Assembly: GCA_049599895.1 (NCBI GenBank)
Contig: JBMYPC010000002.1
Location: 1-60,372 of the forward strand
DNA length: 60,372 nt
Direction: 5' to 3'
From: Bacteriovoracaceae bacterium
GTDB taxonomy: Bacteria; Bdellovibrionota; Bacteriovoracia; Bacteriovoracales; Bacteriovoracaceae
Shown: positions 10,010 to 20,369 of the stretch, in pieces
How the letters are laid out: every line of letters begins with the position of its first letter
Position numbering within the stretch: the first letter of the stretch is position 1
Notes under the pieces: model-generated
What the model was told of the DNA's origin: nothing
Database searches by the model: none
The model's input: only the letters and a program-made list of their open reading frames with translations
Made by a program: the position numbers and the translations under genes

Positions 10010-11338
10010 ATGCAGAAGAAAAAGTTAATCTTAATTGAAGACAACACGGAGTTTGGGAGTATTTATTCTCTCAACTTTGTCATCTATCTAGGTATGCCTG
10101 TCTCCTACTATCCCACTCCTGATCAAGCAATTATCGATATTAGCGCTGATCCTAATGCTGTAGGGCTTATTGTTTGTCGCTCAAAAATCTCGGGAAAACT
10201 CTGTGCTAAAATTATGCATAAATATATCACCAAAAAAGAACTTAATATTCCCGTCATCGCTTTAGGAGAAATGGGAGACACTTGCGGTGACACCACTATT
10301 ATTTCTTCTGGGTTAGGTCTTAAATCGATTATTAAAACCTCGGCACAAAAAATGGGGATAAGTGCAATGGATATGGTCAAGCTTGATGTTCCTGACTATT
10401 TTCCCATTGATACTGAATACTTTGAAAAACTGGACTATACACCGGTTAATATCTATAAACAAAACCTTCAAGGAGATTATGAACTAACGGGACTTCATGA
10501 AAGCTATGATTTAGGTTTAATTGAAAAGCTAAAAAACAAAAAAGTTAAAAGTCTTTATGTGCAAAAAAATGATCGAGTTCGATTCACTGAAGTTTTAACT
10601 GAAACCATGGTGGCAAACCTCGACTTTAAGAAACTCAATAGTGACGAGAAACTTGATCATGCCGAACAGTCAATGCATTTACTCTCTAATAAAATTTTGA
10701 AGCTTGGATTAACTGAAAATAATGTCGATATTACAAAAAACGCCTTAAAAAATACTGTCGCATTGGCAAAGAAGTCCAAAGGCCTAAAAGCCCTTTTAAA
10801 ACAACTCTTAAACAACAAACATTCTTATAGTTTTCTCCACACTCAGCTTTTAACTTTTTATGGCATCCAAATCATTCAAAAAATCGACTGGGGAACTCCA
10901 GAAATTGAAAAGGCCTTTAGTTTTGCGAGTCTCTTTCATGACATCACGATCCAAGATGACAAGCTGAGCAAAATTCACAGCAAAGAACAACTGACAAACG
11001 CCAACCTTACCCCACAGGAAAAAAGTGCTGTGGAAAAACATGCTCAGATTGCAAGTCAGCTTGTCCTTAAATTTCCCTCAGCTCCACCAAACACTGAAGT
11101 CATTATCAGACAACATCACGGAATGCTCAATGGAGTGGGTTTTTCGCCACATTGTTCTGGCAGCCTAACCGTTATTTCCTCTACTTTCATGGTCTTAGAG
11201 TACTTTCTTGAACTTCTTCTTGAAAATGAGGATTACCTAAAAAATCCCAAAATGGCCTTGCAGCTGGTCTCAGAAAGGTTTTCAACTAGCCGATTTCGTA
11301 AGATCATTGAAATAATTGACCAAATCTCAACGACATAG
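10010..11338 (+). CDS. Degenerate REC + HD-GYP-like signalling protein
   Basis: N-terminal LILIEDN receiver-like strand; FHDI, HAQIA, QHHG..NGVGF in C-terminal HD domain; paralog of 31959..33323. Confidence 0.7.
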   Translation: MQKKKLILIEDNTEFGSIYSLNFVIYLGMPVSYYPTPDQAIIDISADPNAVGLIVCRSKISGKLCAKIMHKYITKKELNIPVIALGEMGDTCGDTTIISSGLGLKSIIKTSAQKMGISAMDMVKLDVPDYFPIDTEYFEKLDYTPVNIYKQNLQGDYELTGLHESYDLGLIEKLKNKKVKSLYVQKNDRVRFTEVLTETMVANLDFKKLNSDEKLDHAEQSMHLLSNKILKLGLTENNVDITKNALKNTVALAKKSKGLKALLKQLLNNKHSYSFLHTQLLTFYGIQIIQKIDWGTPEIEKAFSFASLFHDITIQDDKLSKIHSKEQLTNANLTPQEKSAVEKHAQIASQLVLKFPSAPPNTEVIIRQHHGMLNGVGFSPHCSGSLTVISSTFMVLEYFLELLLENEDYLKNPKMALQLVSERFSTSRFRKIIEIIDQISTT

Positions 11339-11443
11339 AGAAGTTTTCCATTGATTCAAATGGGCCTTTTTGTTCTAATAAATCTATAGATTTTTGTAGC
11401 ATTTGCGCCTTCAAATATCTAAAAATTTTGGAGTAGTAATCAA

Positions 11444-12259
11444 ATGAATTATTCAGCAACTTGTTCCGTGTTAATTGTCGATGGGCTTCCTGATTCTCGA
11501 AGGTTTGTTAAATCTTGTCTTCACAAAAAAGGAATGGAAAATTTCCATATGGCCTCTACATTTGAAGATGCAAAAAAGCTTCTAAGAGATCAAAAGGACA
11601 TAGGCTTAGTCATTTGTTCTTACCTCATTGATGAACACACTGGCGTTGACATCTACACTGATCTTCCTGAAAAACTAAAATCAAACTTTCTTATGCTTTA
11701 CGGTGAAGAAGAATCTAATCTTGTTTACCATGAGGTTAAACAGTTTAATGGACTTAGAATCCTGAAAAAACCTTTTTCATTTTCAGACATTGAAAAGGCC
11801 CTTGAAAAAAGCTCTTCAAAGCAAAGCTCTGGTGGGCAAATCCAAAGTAAAAAAATCACCAAAGATAGCAAGATTCTTATTATTGATGACTTTGAAATGA
11901 TGAGAGTTATGATGAAAAATGCTTTTATGGAACTAGGTTATCTCAAGCTTGACGAGGCCGAAAATGGCGAAGAAGCATTAAAAAAGCTTAAACTTGCCAA
12001 GGACATGGGTGAACCATTTGATGTCATCTTCAGTGACTGGAATATGCCAGAAATGGATGGTCTTGAACTTTTTAGAGTCTGTAAAAGCGATGAGGCCTTC
12101 CGAAATATCCCCTTTGTGATGGTGACCGCTGAAAATGAAAAATCAAGTGTCATCATGGCCATCACTGAAGGCGTCACTAATTATATTGTGAAACCCTTAA
12201 CACCTGATACTCTTGTTGAAAAAATAAAAAAGGTTAACCAAAAACTCGTGGGGGCCTAA
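11444..12259 (+). CDS. Tandem receiver-domain response regulator (pseudo-REC + CheY-like REC)
   Basis: First REC lacks phospho-Asp (LVICSY); second canonical: ILIIDD, FSDWNMPEMDG, VTAE, YIVKP. Confidence 0.88.
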   Translation: MNYSATCSVLIVDGLPDSRRFVKSCLHKKGMENFHMASTFEDAKKLLRDQKDIGLVICSYLIDEHTGVDIYTDLPEKLKSNFLMLYGEEESNLVYHEVKQFNGLRILKKPFSFSDIEKALEKSSSKQSSGGQIQSKKITKDSKILIIDDFEMMRVMMKNAFMELGYLKLDEAENGEEALKKLKLAKDMGEPFDVIFSDWNMPEMDGLELFRVCKSDEAFRNIPFVMVTAENEKSSVIMAITEGVTNYIVKPLTPDTLVEKIKKVNQKLVGA

Positions 12260-12333
12260 GTCTGGAAGCACTGACAAAAAACTTTGATATTCGAGACTTT
12301 ACTAATGATTCATTTGAAAATGAATTATTAGTC

Positions 12334-12795
12334 ATGGCCATTAAACAAACCTTTCGAAAAGCCCTGAAAGCTGACGTTACTTACTCAAATGAACAAATGC
12401 GAGAACTGCCAGAATTTGATATCTGTGGAATCGTTGGCATGGTCCAGTCAGACCAAGAAGGTATCCTCTTTTGCCAATTTACTAAAGAAGCTGTGTTCAT
12501 GATTCTCAAAGAGAGCTATAACGTTGAAACAGACAAGATTGAAAAGGTCGCTATGGATTTTGTTGGAGAATTCACTAATCTTATCTATTCAAATATCAAA
12601 AGTAAGCTCAACGAAATCCTCGATTTCCATTTTCAAATGGCCATCCCTGCAGTGATAACAGGAGAGAACTTACAAATTCACGGACAAGAAGAATACTACC
12701 CCTTAAGTAAAAAGCTCGTTTTTCTCTATAAAAACATTCCTATTTGCCTGCATTTTAAAATGCGCGAGAAGCCTTTACTAAAGAAAGCGCAATAA
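12334..12795 (+). CDS. cheX: CheX-family phosphatase
   Basis: GIVGM, D.VGEFTNLI (E-x2-N), MAIPAVITG; frame is open from 12238 so a CTG start at 12262 is possible. Confidence 0.8.
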   Translation: MAIKQTFRKALKADVTYSNEQMRELPEFDICGIVGMVQSDQEGILFCQFTKEAVFMILKESYNVETDKIEKVAMDFVGEFTNLIYSNIKSKLNEILDFHFQMAIPAVITGENLQIHGQEEYYPLSKKLVFLYKNIPICLHFKMREKPLLKKAQ

Positions 12796-12818
12796 GTGCT
12801 TATAGACAAGGATATCAC

Positions 12819-14357
12819 TTGAAAGATCACGACGATCAAAAATTGCTCCAAGAACTTATCCTAGACCTTGAAGCCTATTCTGAGAAAAATCCTGATGATT
12901 CCATAAAAATTCTTGATGTTAACATGAGAAATGTGCTCAGTACTTTTAGCCGTTACTATCTCTTTTTTGATAAAACCGGAAGAATCCTTGATTTTTCATC
13001 TCCTCATTGCCACGAAATACTAACCGATGATTCTATTATCCATAAAAAGTTTCTTGAAATTCTCGGGCTAGCAGCAAAAGAAATAAAAAACTACAAAGGT
13101 TGGATCAAGCTTTTCTTTACTTCTGATATGAGTTTTGAAGAAATCGCAAATCTTGGCCCGAAAACAATAAAAACAAAAAAAGAAGATGAATACTTCCAAC
13201 TAAACTACAGACCAATTTATAACAATCAGACGAAAAATAAAAAGCTTCTTTCCATTTTGGTCATCATTGAAAACAAAACTTTTGAAAGAAAGGAACAATC
13301 CAAACAGTTTGAAAAAGATAAAAAAAGTGAATTTCTTCTTAAAGCATTCACTTACAAAAACCAGTTCTCCGATTTTATTCAAGAACTCAAAGATATGACA
13401 AAAAGACTTAAAGGATGGGGAAAGGATCTCGACCCTTCCAATATCCTTGAGGCGAAACGTCTTCTTCACACCCTTTCAGGTGCAGCCTCGTACTTTCATC
13501 TCACTGACATTCAAAACTCTATTCAAAGCAGGGAAACTCAATTAAAAAAGATCAGCGATGCTGAAAGCATACTAAAAGATGATCTTACGGAACTCTTTTC
13601 TGGAACAGCTAAAGAGCTTAATGATTTTTACGAAGAACTTTATCGAAATTACTCTCCACTTCTCGGTCAGTCATTATTTGAAAACCAAGTTTCTCGCGAG
13701 CTACCTTTAGATCAACTTGAAAGTTTTTATAAAGACATTCTAAAGTCTAACCATACAGAACTTGCTTCAAAGTTTCTCAATGAGTTCCTTAAGACTCCAA
13801 TTGAACAGTCATTTCGAAATTATGAAGGACATATCCAGGAACTCTCCCATAAGCTTGGAAAAAAGATTCTCCCTTTGGAAATCAAAGGCAAGGAGGTATT
13901 AGTCTATGAACCTCCCTATAAAAACTTCTTCGCTTCTCTAATTCATATTTTTAACAATATTATCGATCATGGCATCGAAGACCCCTTTAATCGAACCAAG
14001 GCCAAGAAACCTCTTGAAGGAAAGATAACCATTGAAATAATTGATCAAGCTGAACACATAGAGATTACCATTGCCGATGATGGCAAAGGAATCGACCTTG
14101 AAGATATTAGAAAAAAATTAAAAAAATCAAAAATCAATTACGCCTACTTCACCGATGAAGAGCTTTACCAGACAATCTTCCTTCCCGACTTCTCAACCAA
14201 GGACCAAGTTTCAAATGTATCAGGAAGAGGAATTGGTCTCAATGCTGTCGCCGATGAGCTTGAAAAGTTTGGTGGCAATGTCTCAGTGAATTCGATTTAC
14301 GAGAAAGGCACAATTTTTTGTATAACCCTTCCAAAATTTGAATATCAGAATAACTAA
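12819..14357 (+). CDS. CheA-like histidine kinase (PAS-like N-terminus, HPt, HATPase; no CheW domain)
   Basis: HPt LHTLSGAA; HIFNNIIDHGIE, DDGKGID, IFLPDFSTK, VSGRGIGL boxes; ends just after the ATPase domain. Confidence 0.85.
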   Translation: MKDHDDQKLLQELILDLEAYSEKNPDDSIKILDVNMRNVLSTFSRYYLFFDKTGRILDFSSPHCHEILTDDSIIHKKFLEILGLAAKEIKNYKGWIKLFFTSDMSFEEIANLGPKTIKTKKEDEYFQLNYRPIYNNQTKNKKLLSILVIIENKTFERKEQSKQFEKDKKSEFLLKAFTYKNQFSDFIQELKDMTKRLKGWGKDLDPSNILEAKRLLHTLSGAASYFHLTDIQNSIQSRETQLKKISDAESILKDDLTELFSGTAKELNDFYEELYRNYSPLLGQSLFENQVSRELPLDQLESFYKDILKSNHTELASKFLNEFLKTPIEQSFRNYEGHIQELSHKLGKKILPLEIKGKEVLVYEPPYKNFFASLIHIFNNIIDHGIEDPFNRTKAKKPLEGKITIEIIDQAEHIEITIADDGKGIDLEDIRKKLKKSKINYAYFTDEELYQTIFLPDFSTKDQVSNVSGRGIGLNAVADELEKFGGNVSVNSIYEKGTIFCITLPKFEYQNN

Positions 14358-14370
14358 ATAAAGGATCCCT

Positions 14371-14769
14371 ATGAGTCACCTTGCACTGCTAATACTAAGA
14401 ATAACATTCGGGGCAACCATGCTTTGGGCCCATGGAATGTCAAAGCTTTTAGGCTTCAGTGACAAGATGGATGTTTTTCCTGATCCGCTTGGGATTGGCA
14501 GTCAAACAAGTTTAGCATTAACTGTCTTTGCCGAAGTGCTCTGCTCACTTTTTCAAATCATTGGACTTAAAACAAGACTCGTCTCGATTCCCCTTTTCAT
14601 TTGTATGCTTGTGGCCGTCTTTATCATTCATGGCGGAGATCCTTGGAAATCAAAAGAACTTGGACTCGTTTATCTCTATGCCTATGGCGCCCTCATTGCT
14701 GGGGGTTCCGGAAAATACTCTGTGGATGCTCTTCTTGCGAAAAATAAAGGCAGACCCGAAGTGGGTTAG
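14371..14769 (+). CDS. DoxX-family membrane protein
   Basis: LLILR..FG..ML.AHG..K, FPDPLGIG, GLKTR, VAVFIIH, GSGKYSVD. Confidence 0.9.
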   Translation: MSHLALLILRITFGATMLWAHGMSKLLGFSDKMDVFPDPLGIGSQTSLALTVFAEVLCSLFQIIGLKTRLVSIPLFICMLVAVFIIHGGDPWKSKELGLVYLYAYGALIAGGSGKYSVDALLAKNKGRPEVG

Positions 14770-14858
14770 TGGCTCTTTGAAGTCTCTAACATGCTGATTT
14801 AAAAGAGTTCCCGACTTTTACACTACGGTTTAATCGCTAAATACCCGATAATTTGAGA

Positions 14859-16907
14859 GTGAAGACTTATTTTGCTCACCTCTTATTCATCGGACTTTTT
14901 CTAAAAAGTAGTCTTGCTTTTTCTATGGAAGAAGCCGACCAAAAAACCGCCGGTGGCAGTCATATTCATAATTCAGATACTCCAACTAGCGCAAGTGATT
15001 CAGACTCATCACTTCCTACAGGCTTAGCTGAAATTATGGATCATCCAAAAATTAAAGAGCATGTAGACAACTGCCAGAAGACCAAAAAATCAAGTGGCAG
15101 ATATCCCTCTGGCTCAAATTTGGGAGATTGCATCTGGAACACTCTCCCACCAGACACCAAGGCCCATGTTTCTGATTACCTTGAAATGAAAAAAGAGAAA
15201 AACCCAGGAGACAGAACTCCTGCTTCTAAGGGCAAAGCTCCAAAATATGAAGGGGTAAGTCTCTCTCCTTATCGAGATGGTGTTAATCCTTCCAAAAATT
15301 CTGATAAAGATTCTCCTGAAAAGAAAGTTGAAGACTTTTTCTACAATCATCTTATGAAAGGTCTTTATGGAGATAGCTATAGTGGTGATGATTCAAATGG
15401 CGATGCTCCAACTGGAGGAGCTCCGTCTGACACGGTAAAGGTTGTGGGACATAATAATTTTTACGATCTTTATAAAAATCAGATAGGAAAGAATTTAATC
15501 AGTGGTATCTCCTCATACTGTCTGGATACTGCATTTTCAAGTCTTACAAATACCAATACCCTTCATTTACTTTTTGATGGCACGACTGAAGCTCAAAAAG
15601 AAAACAATCGAAAAAAACATATTGGTGGGCTGAGTACTGCAACTACAACAACTGGACCAGATGGAAGTACTAAAAAATCAAGTCAAAGTGCCGTGCAATG
15701 GCAAAGCTGCTTAAGGAACTTAAAAAACCTTTGCTATGGTGAACCACACTCTCGCTACTCACAACCTGCTCAGCAAACTCAAATTAAAAATCATTGCGCC
15801 AATGATTCAAGTGTTACAAGTGCCACTACTGATAAAGCACAAAGAAAGGCCTTAGCAAAATGCCAATACTGTGCAGATATCGGATCATCTGGAATCACTA
15901 TCAAGTCTGAATGTAATGGGACAGCAGGTTTTGTTAAAAGCTATGAAGATTCAAGTAAACGGGCCTGTAATGTTGTTGACCTCATTGAAAACGCAAGACA
16001 GGCGATTATTTCAGTAGATGCTATAAAAGACCGCTACACAAAACTCTTTGGAAACGAACAAGCGCAAATGCTTAATGCTGGGAATGTTGAGTTTTATGAG
16101 TCTAAGGGAGAAACTTCAATCTCAAACCTAACGAATGTTTCTTCACATGAAATTGTTCATGAATCAGGACTTAAAGGTGTTAATGAACAAAAACAAGAAG
16201 AGTTCAAAAAATGTTTCGATAGCACAGGTAGTGGAAGAATCGTTGATGCGAAGGTCTGCGAAGAGTTCCTAAGAACAGATCGTGGTGCTCAAGAAGGACA
16301 AATAGCTGAGTACAAACTCAGACAAGAGGCCATGAATCAACGTTATGACAATATCAAGGATGAGGCCCAACTTATTGAAGTTCTCGAAGAAGAAGGTTAC
16401 GAAAAAGACCAAGCAGCAGATCTCATCAAAAAAGAAGGTTTTGCGAATCTAAAAGACAAACTCGTCAGCAGACAAAAACGTGAAGCTGACACACTTAATG
16501 AAAGCCTTCTCGACAGAATGGATGAAACAACTTCTCAAGATGATGGCCAAGTAACCAATAGCGATGTGGCCACTCTTCAAAAAATTGGAAAAGAACTTGA
16601 ATCAAACACCAAAAGACTGCAACAGCTTATCCACTTTAATAATGTTGTGAGTTCATTTCTTGATGTTCAAGACGACAAAGGGAACTCTTCAAGAAACATC
16701 GCAACATTTAACAAAGAGTTTGAAAACAACCCAGAAAGTTTAAGTGAAGTTGACGGCGAAAACACCCAAAGACAAATTCAATCTCAAGGTCTTTTAGAAG
16801 ACGCTAGAGACACCTCTGATGAAGAAGGTCCTGACGGTGACAATACAGTTCTTACCAAAGACCAAATCAACGAAGCTCTACTTAATTACTCAAATAAAGA
16901 GGATTAA
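14859..16907 (+). CDS. Large secreted Cys-rich hypothetical protein with C-terminal acidic coiled coils
   Basis: Signal peptide ending SLA/AFS; paired Cys; RTPAS motif; GTG 14859 lies 7 nt after CCCGATAA. Confidence 0.75.
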   Translation: MKTYFAHLLFIGLFLKSSLAFSMEEADQKTAGGSHIHNSDTPTSASDSDSSLPTGLAEIMDHPKIKEHVDNCQKTKKSSGRYPSGSNLGDCIWNTLPPDTKAHVSDYLEMKKEKNPGDRTPASKGKAPKYEGVSLSPYRDGVNPSKNSDKDSPEKKVEDFFYNHLMKGLYGDSYSGDDSNGDAPTGGAPSDTVKVVGHNNFYDLYKNQIGKNLISGISSYCLDTAFSSLTNTNTLHLLFDGTTEAQKENNRKKHIGGLSTATTTTGPDGSTKKSSQSAVQWQSCLRNLKNLCYGEPHSRYSQPAQQTQIKNHCANDSSVTSATTDKAQRKALAKCQYCADIGSSGITIKSECNGTAGFVKSYEDSSKRACNVVDLIENARQAIISVDAIKDRYTKLFGNEQAQMLNAGNVEFYESKGETSISNLTNVSSHEIVHESGLKGVNEQKQEEFKKCFDSTGSGRIVDAKVCEEFLRTDRGAQEGQIAEYKLRQEAMNQRYDNIKDEAQLIEVLEEEGYEKDQAADLIKKEGFANLKDKLVSRQKREADTLNESLLDRMDETTSQDDGQVTNSDVATLQKIGKELESNTKRLQQLIHFNNVVSSFLDVQDDKGNSSRNIATFNKEFENNPESLSEVDGENTQRQIQSQGLLEDARDTSDEEGPDGDNTVLTKDQINEALLNYSNKED

Positions 16908-16987
16908 TTCCTAAATCCAGACATTGTGACTTCCCTATCAAATTTGTTATAATTGCTAGCATTCACGAATAATTGATGGAGAAACTC

Positions 16988-18757
16988 ATGAGCTACAGCG
17001 AAGATCAATCTTGGAAATGGTTAATTGAAAAAGGTATTGATTGGGATAAAATCATTCCTCTTTATTACCCAAGTTTTCCAACTGAAGACGGAATTGAATC
17101 AAAAGAAGAGTTAATCCAGTTTTTTCATGAACTTCTAAGCTCAACCAGTGACTGGGCGGAAGGCCCATTAAAAGAGCGGGCTTCTTTATTGGATGAACAT
17201 GGCGCAGGGGAAGTTAAAGATGGAAAAACCTATCCCAATGAACATCTCAAAGCCTTTTATAAAGACTGTGCAGAGCTAGGAGTTTTTGGACTTCCCTTTC
17301 CAAGAAATTGTGGTGGTCTACATGCCCCAGCGTCACTCTCTCTTGTTATCATGGGTCAAATCGCGAAATATTGTGTGGCCTCGTCTACTCAGTTCGCTTT
17401 TTTCGCCTCAATTGGCGACATGGTTTATCGTTTTCTTGATGAAGAGGAAGCGAAAGAAACACTTCCTAAAATTGCCAGCGGTGAGATCTCAGGAAGTATG
17501 TGTCTCACAGAACCAGGAAGTGGTTCAGATCTCTCAAAGATAAAAACTATCGCAAGCCCTACAGAAGAAGGTCATTATCTTCTCAATGGCTCAAAGCTAT
17601 TTATTACTAATGCAGGCGGTGGCCTTCAATTTGTCCTTGCAAAAGTTAAAGGAGCTCCAGACACCCTTGAAGGGCTTTCACTCTTTTACGTAAAACAAGA
17701 TGATCCTTTAAAAGAAGGGCTCAATTATCATGTTGTAAAGGATGAAGAAAAAATGGGGATGCATGGAAGTTTTACCTGTGAAGTCCTTTATGAAAATACA
17801 GTAGGGAGACTTGTTGGAAAAGAAGGTGAAGGCTTTAAAATTATGCTTCATCTTATGAATGAAGCGAGAATTGCAGTTGGCATGCAGGGACTTGGTGGGA
17901 TTGAAGGCTCATTGGCCTTGGCTTCTCAGTACGCAAGTGAGAGATCACAATTTGATCGCAACCTCAAAGACCTTCCCCTTTTTAAAAGAAACTTCGACGA
18001 TCTTCAGTTTGAGTTTGAAGGGATTAAGGCCCTTTTAGTTGACACCATCAGTACCTACGATCAATTTCAAGTTTATGATTTGAAAAAGACAAAGACTGAT
18101 GATCTTAGTGAAGAGGAAAAACAGGAATACAAAAGAGTTAAGGCCATCGTTAGAAAAAGAACTCCCCTGGTGAAATTCTATGCCTGTGAACAATTCACCA
18201 ATATGAGTAAAATTTGTCTGCAATTGTTTGGTGGTTACGGCTTTATTAAAGAATATCCAATTGAAAGACTTCATCGAGACAGCTTTGGGCCATTACTCTA
18301 TGAGGGAACCAGCCAAATTCAAGCTCTAATGACATTAAAGGATCTCGTAAAAGAAATCCTTACTACTCCTAAGTCATTCTTTGACAATATTATTGAACAC
18401 ACATTAAGTGGCAATCCCCTAACAAGTGCTCTTAGTAGTCAATCAAAAGAAGAGAAACACTTTCATAAGCTCTCATCACAATACTATAAGAATGTTCTCC
18501 TTCTTTTATTTGGTGAATTAAAGCCCGACTGGAACCTCATTCATAAATCTGAACAATGGCAAAGACCAGAGGCCATTGACGGTCTCATGCAACACGCTGA
18601 AACCATTGCTTGGGCAAGGTCTTATCTTGAGACATTGGATGTCCTAAAAAATCATGCAGAAATTGATGAAGCGAGAAGTGAATACTATTGGAACTACGTT
18701 AAAGTTGTTGAGCCAAGACTCATGAGTATTTTCCATGACTGGAAACTCAGAAGATAA
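16988..18757 (+). CDS. Acyl-CoA dehydrogenase
   Basis: SMCLTEPGSGSDL, NGSKLFIT, EEKMGMHGS, LMNEARI, QLFGGYGF, YEGTSQIQAL; GGAG RBS before ATG 16988. Confidence 0.93.
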   Translation: MSYSEDQSWKWLIEKGIDWDKIIPLYYPSFPTEDGIESKEELIQFFHELLSSTSDWAEGPLKERASLLDEHGAGEVKDGKTYPNEHLKAFYKDCAELGVFGLPFPRNCGGLHAPASLSLVIMGQIAKYCVASSTQFAFFASIGDMVYRFLDEEEAKETLPKIASGEISGSMCLTEPGSGSDLSKIKTIASPTEEGHYLLNGSKLFITNAGGGLQFVLAKVKGAPDTLEGLSLFYVKQDDPLKEGLNYHVVKDEEKMGMHGSFTCEVLYENTVGRLVGKEGEGFKIMLHLMNEARIAVGMQGLGGIEGSLALASQYASERSQFDRNLKDLPLFKRNFDDLQFEFEGIKALLVDTISTYDQFQVYDLKKTKTDDLSEEEKQEYKRVKAIVRKRTPLVKFYACEQFTNMSKICLQLFGGYGFIKEYPIERLHRDSFGPLLYEGTSQIQALMTLKDLVKEILTTPKSFFDNIIEHTLSGNPLTSALSSQSKEEKHFHKLSSQYYKNVLLLLFGELKPDWNLIHKSEQWQRPEAIDGLMQHAETIAWARSYLETLDVLKNHAEIDEARSEYYWNYVKVVEPRLMSIFHDWKLRR

Positions 18758-18759
18758 TT

Positions 18760-19473
18760 TTAATTCGATTCTTCGAAAGTTGGATAGATCTCAGTATTCT
18801 GCTCAAGAGTATCGACTTCTGTGCTAGAAGTGCCACTATCACATGTCTTTGACTCGACAACTTTGTAAATGTGTCCATACTCAGGGAGGGTTTTATATTT
18901 ATCTTCGGTATGAACAAAATAAGAAGATCTCTCGGATACAATATATTGGCCTTCAGTGTTTTTAATAGCAGTCAGAAACATAAACTGGTCACCGCTACCT
19001 GTACTTTCGAGAAAGTTCACCTGCATACGAGTCGTCCCTAAGTCAGAGATGAGATTACTAATCTCACGACCTTTAAAAAGACTATTACAGATTGAAACGA
19101 GATCACCTTGCCGATCAGTCATAACTTCTCTTTTAAAGTCCATATCACTTTCAGAAAGATTATAAAACATAGGACTTGAAGTGAGAGTTGCTGTGAGTAT
19201 TGCTGAAATTTCTTCTTGATCTGAATTACCAGAGCAGTCTCTATTAATGACTTTAAAACCAAAAACTTTATTGAGGTAGTTTGAACGATAATAGACCCGC
19301 TTATCCCTTAAAGCATAACAAATTCTAAGAGCTACATCTCGCTGATTTCCAGATATATTAGAAGCTTCAAGAAGTTCTCCGCCTATAGCCGTTTCACTCA
19401 ACCTCGAATTATGATTCCCTTGACCACAGCCAGAGACAAAAATGAATAAAAAAAGAAAAACGAGACTTTTCAT
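18760..19473 (-). CDS. Hypothetical lipoprotein
   Basis: MKSLVFLFLFIFVSG-C lipobox. Confidence 0.75.
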   Translation of the reverse strand: MKSLVFLFLFIFVSGCGQGNHNSRLSETAIGGELLEASNISGNQRDVALRICYALRDKRVYYRSNYLNKVFGFKVINRDCSGNSDQEEISAILTATLTSSPMFYNLSESDMDFKREVMTDRQGDLVSICNSLFKGREISNLISDLGTTRMQVNFLESTGSGDQFMFLTAIKNTEGQYIVSERSSYFVHTEDKYKTLPEYGHIYKVVESKTCDSGTSSTEVDTLEQNTEIYPTFEESN

Positions 19474-19603
19474 TACCAGTCTAATCGGCTTAAGAACTTG
19501 GAAAATTTACTTTAAAATTCTTGAGAAAAGCATTTCCAACAAAGTAATTCACTCAACCTTTTTAAAGCTACAAAATCAGGATAAACTTCGCCATAATACC
19601 CCT

Positions 19604-20368
19604 ATGACAAACTTAAACAAACCAATCATTGGCCGACTCTGTGACTATGAGATCATCCAAACTGATGATGGAAGTTTCGCAATTAACTCTGATTATTTCA
19701 AAGAAATCACTCACTCTACTGCCGGAGCAAGAGAAGAAACCGTCCATAATTTCATAAATGGGTGCATGATTAAAGAAAAAGTCCAGGAATCTACGAAAAA
19801 TAATCCTTTAAATATTTTAGAAATCGGCTTTGGACTTGGAGTTGGTTTTCTTGAAACAGCCAAAACTTTAAAAGATTCTGGGCATTGCCAGTTTGTAAGT
19901 TTTGAAATTGATGATTTATTAGTGATTAATGGCATCAACGATGGGCCCTATCAAACGCAGTTTAAAGACTTTGATGTAAAGATTAATCACGAATCTGTAA
20001 GCATTGAAAATGAAGTCATAAAAGGGCTCATTCTCTTAGGAGATGCTCGCAAACTTATCCTCAAAGAGAAACTAAACGAAATCAAGTTTCATTGTGTTTT
20101 TCAAGATGCGTTTTCTCCAAAAAAGAACCCTACCCTTTGGACCAAAGAATGGTTTAAAGATATCAATTTAAGATGTCATGACCAGGCCCTCTTAACGACA
20201 TATAGTGCATCAGCAAGAGTTCGAGACGCCCTTTTATCATCTGGCTGGGAAGTCGAACAAAGACCAGGCTTTGCTCATAAAAGGGCCATGAGTAGGGCCA
20301 TAAAAAACCAAAATAAAAAACTCACAGATATTGGCAATCCTCTGTCTGACTTAGATAAGGAAACTTAA
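19604..20368 (+). CDS. mnmD: Stand-alone MnmC-type (MnmD) tRNA mnm5s2U methyltransferase domain
   Basis: T.DGS, HS..GA.EE, LEIGFGLG, GDAR, QDAFSPKKNPTLW, TYSA..VR..L, PGFAHKR; ATG 19604 avoids overlap with divergent gene. Confidence 0.82.
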   Translation: MTNLNKPIIGRLCDYEIIQTDDGSFAINSDYFKEITHSTAGAREETVHNFINGCMIKEKVQESTKNNPLNILEIGFGLGVGFLETAKTLKDSGHCQFVSFEIDDLLVINGINDGPYQTQFKDFDVKINHESVSIENEVIKGLILLGDARKLILKEKLNEIKFHCVFQDAFSPKKNPTLWTKEWFKDINLRCHDQALLTTYSASARVRDALLSSGWEVEQRPGFAHKRAMSRAIKNQNKKLTDIGNPLSDLDKET

Positions 20369-20369
20369 A

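Noticed and set aside
19442..19603. N-terminal extension of the MnmD-like ORF
   Set aside because: Overlaps the divergent lipoprotein start and promoter; homology starts after ATG 19604
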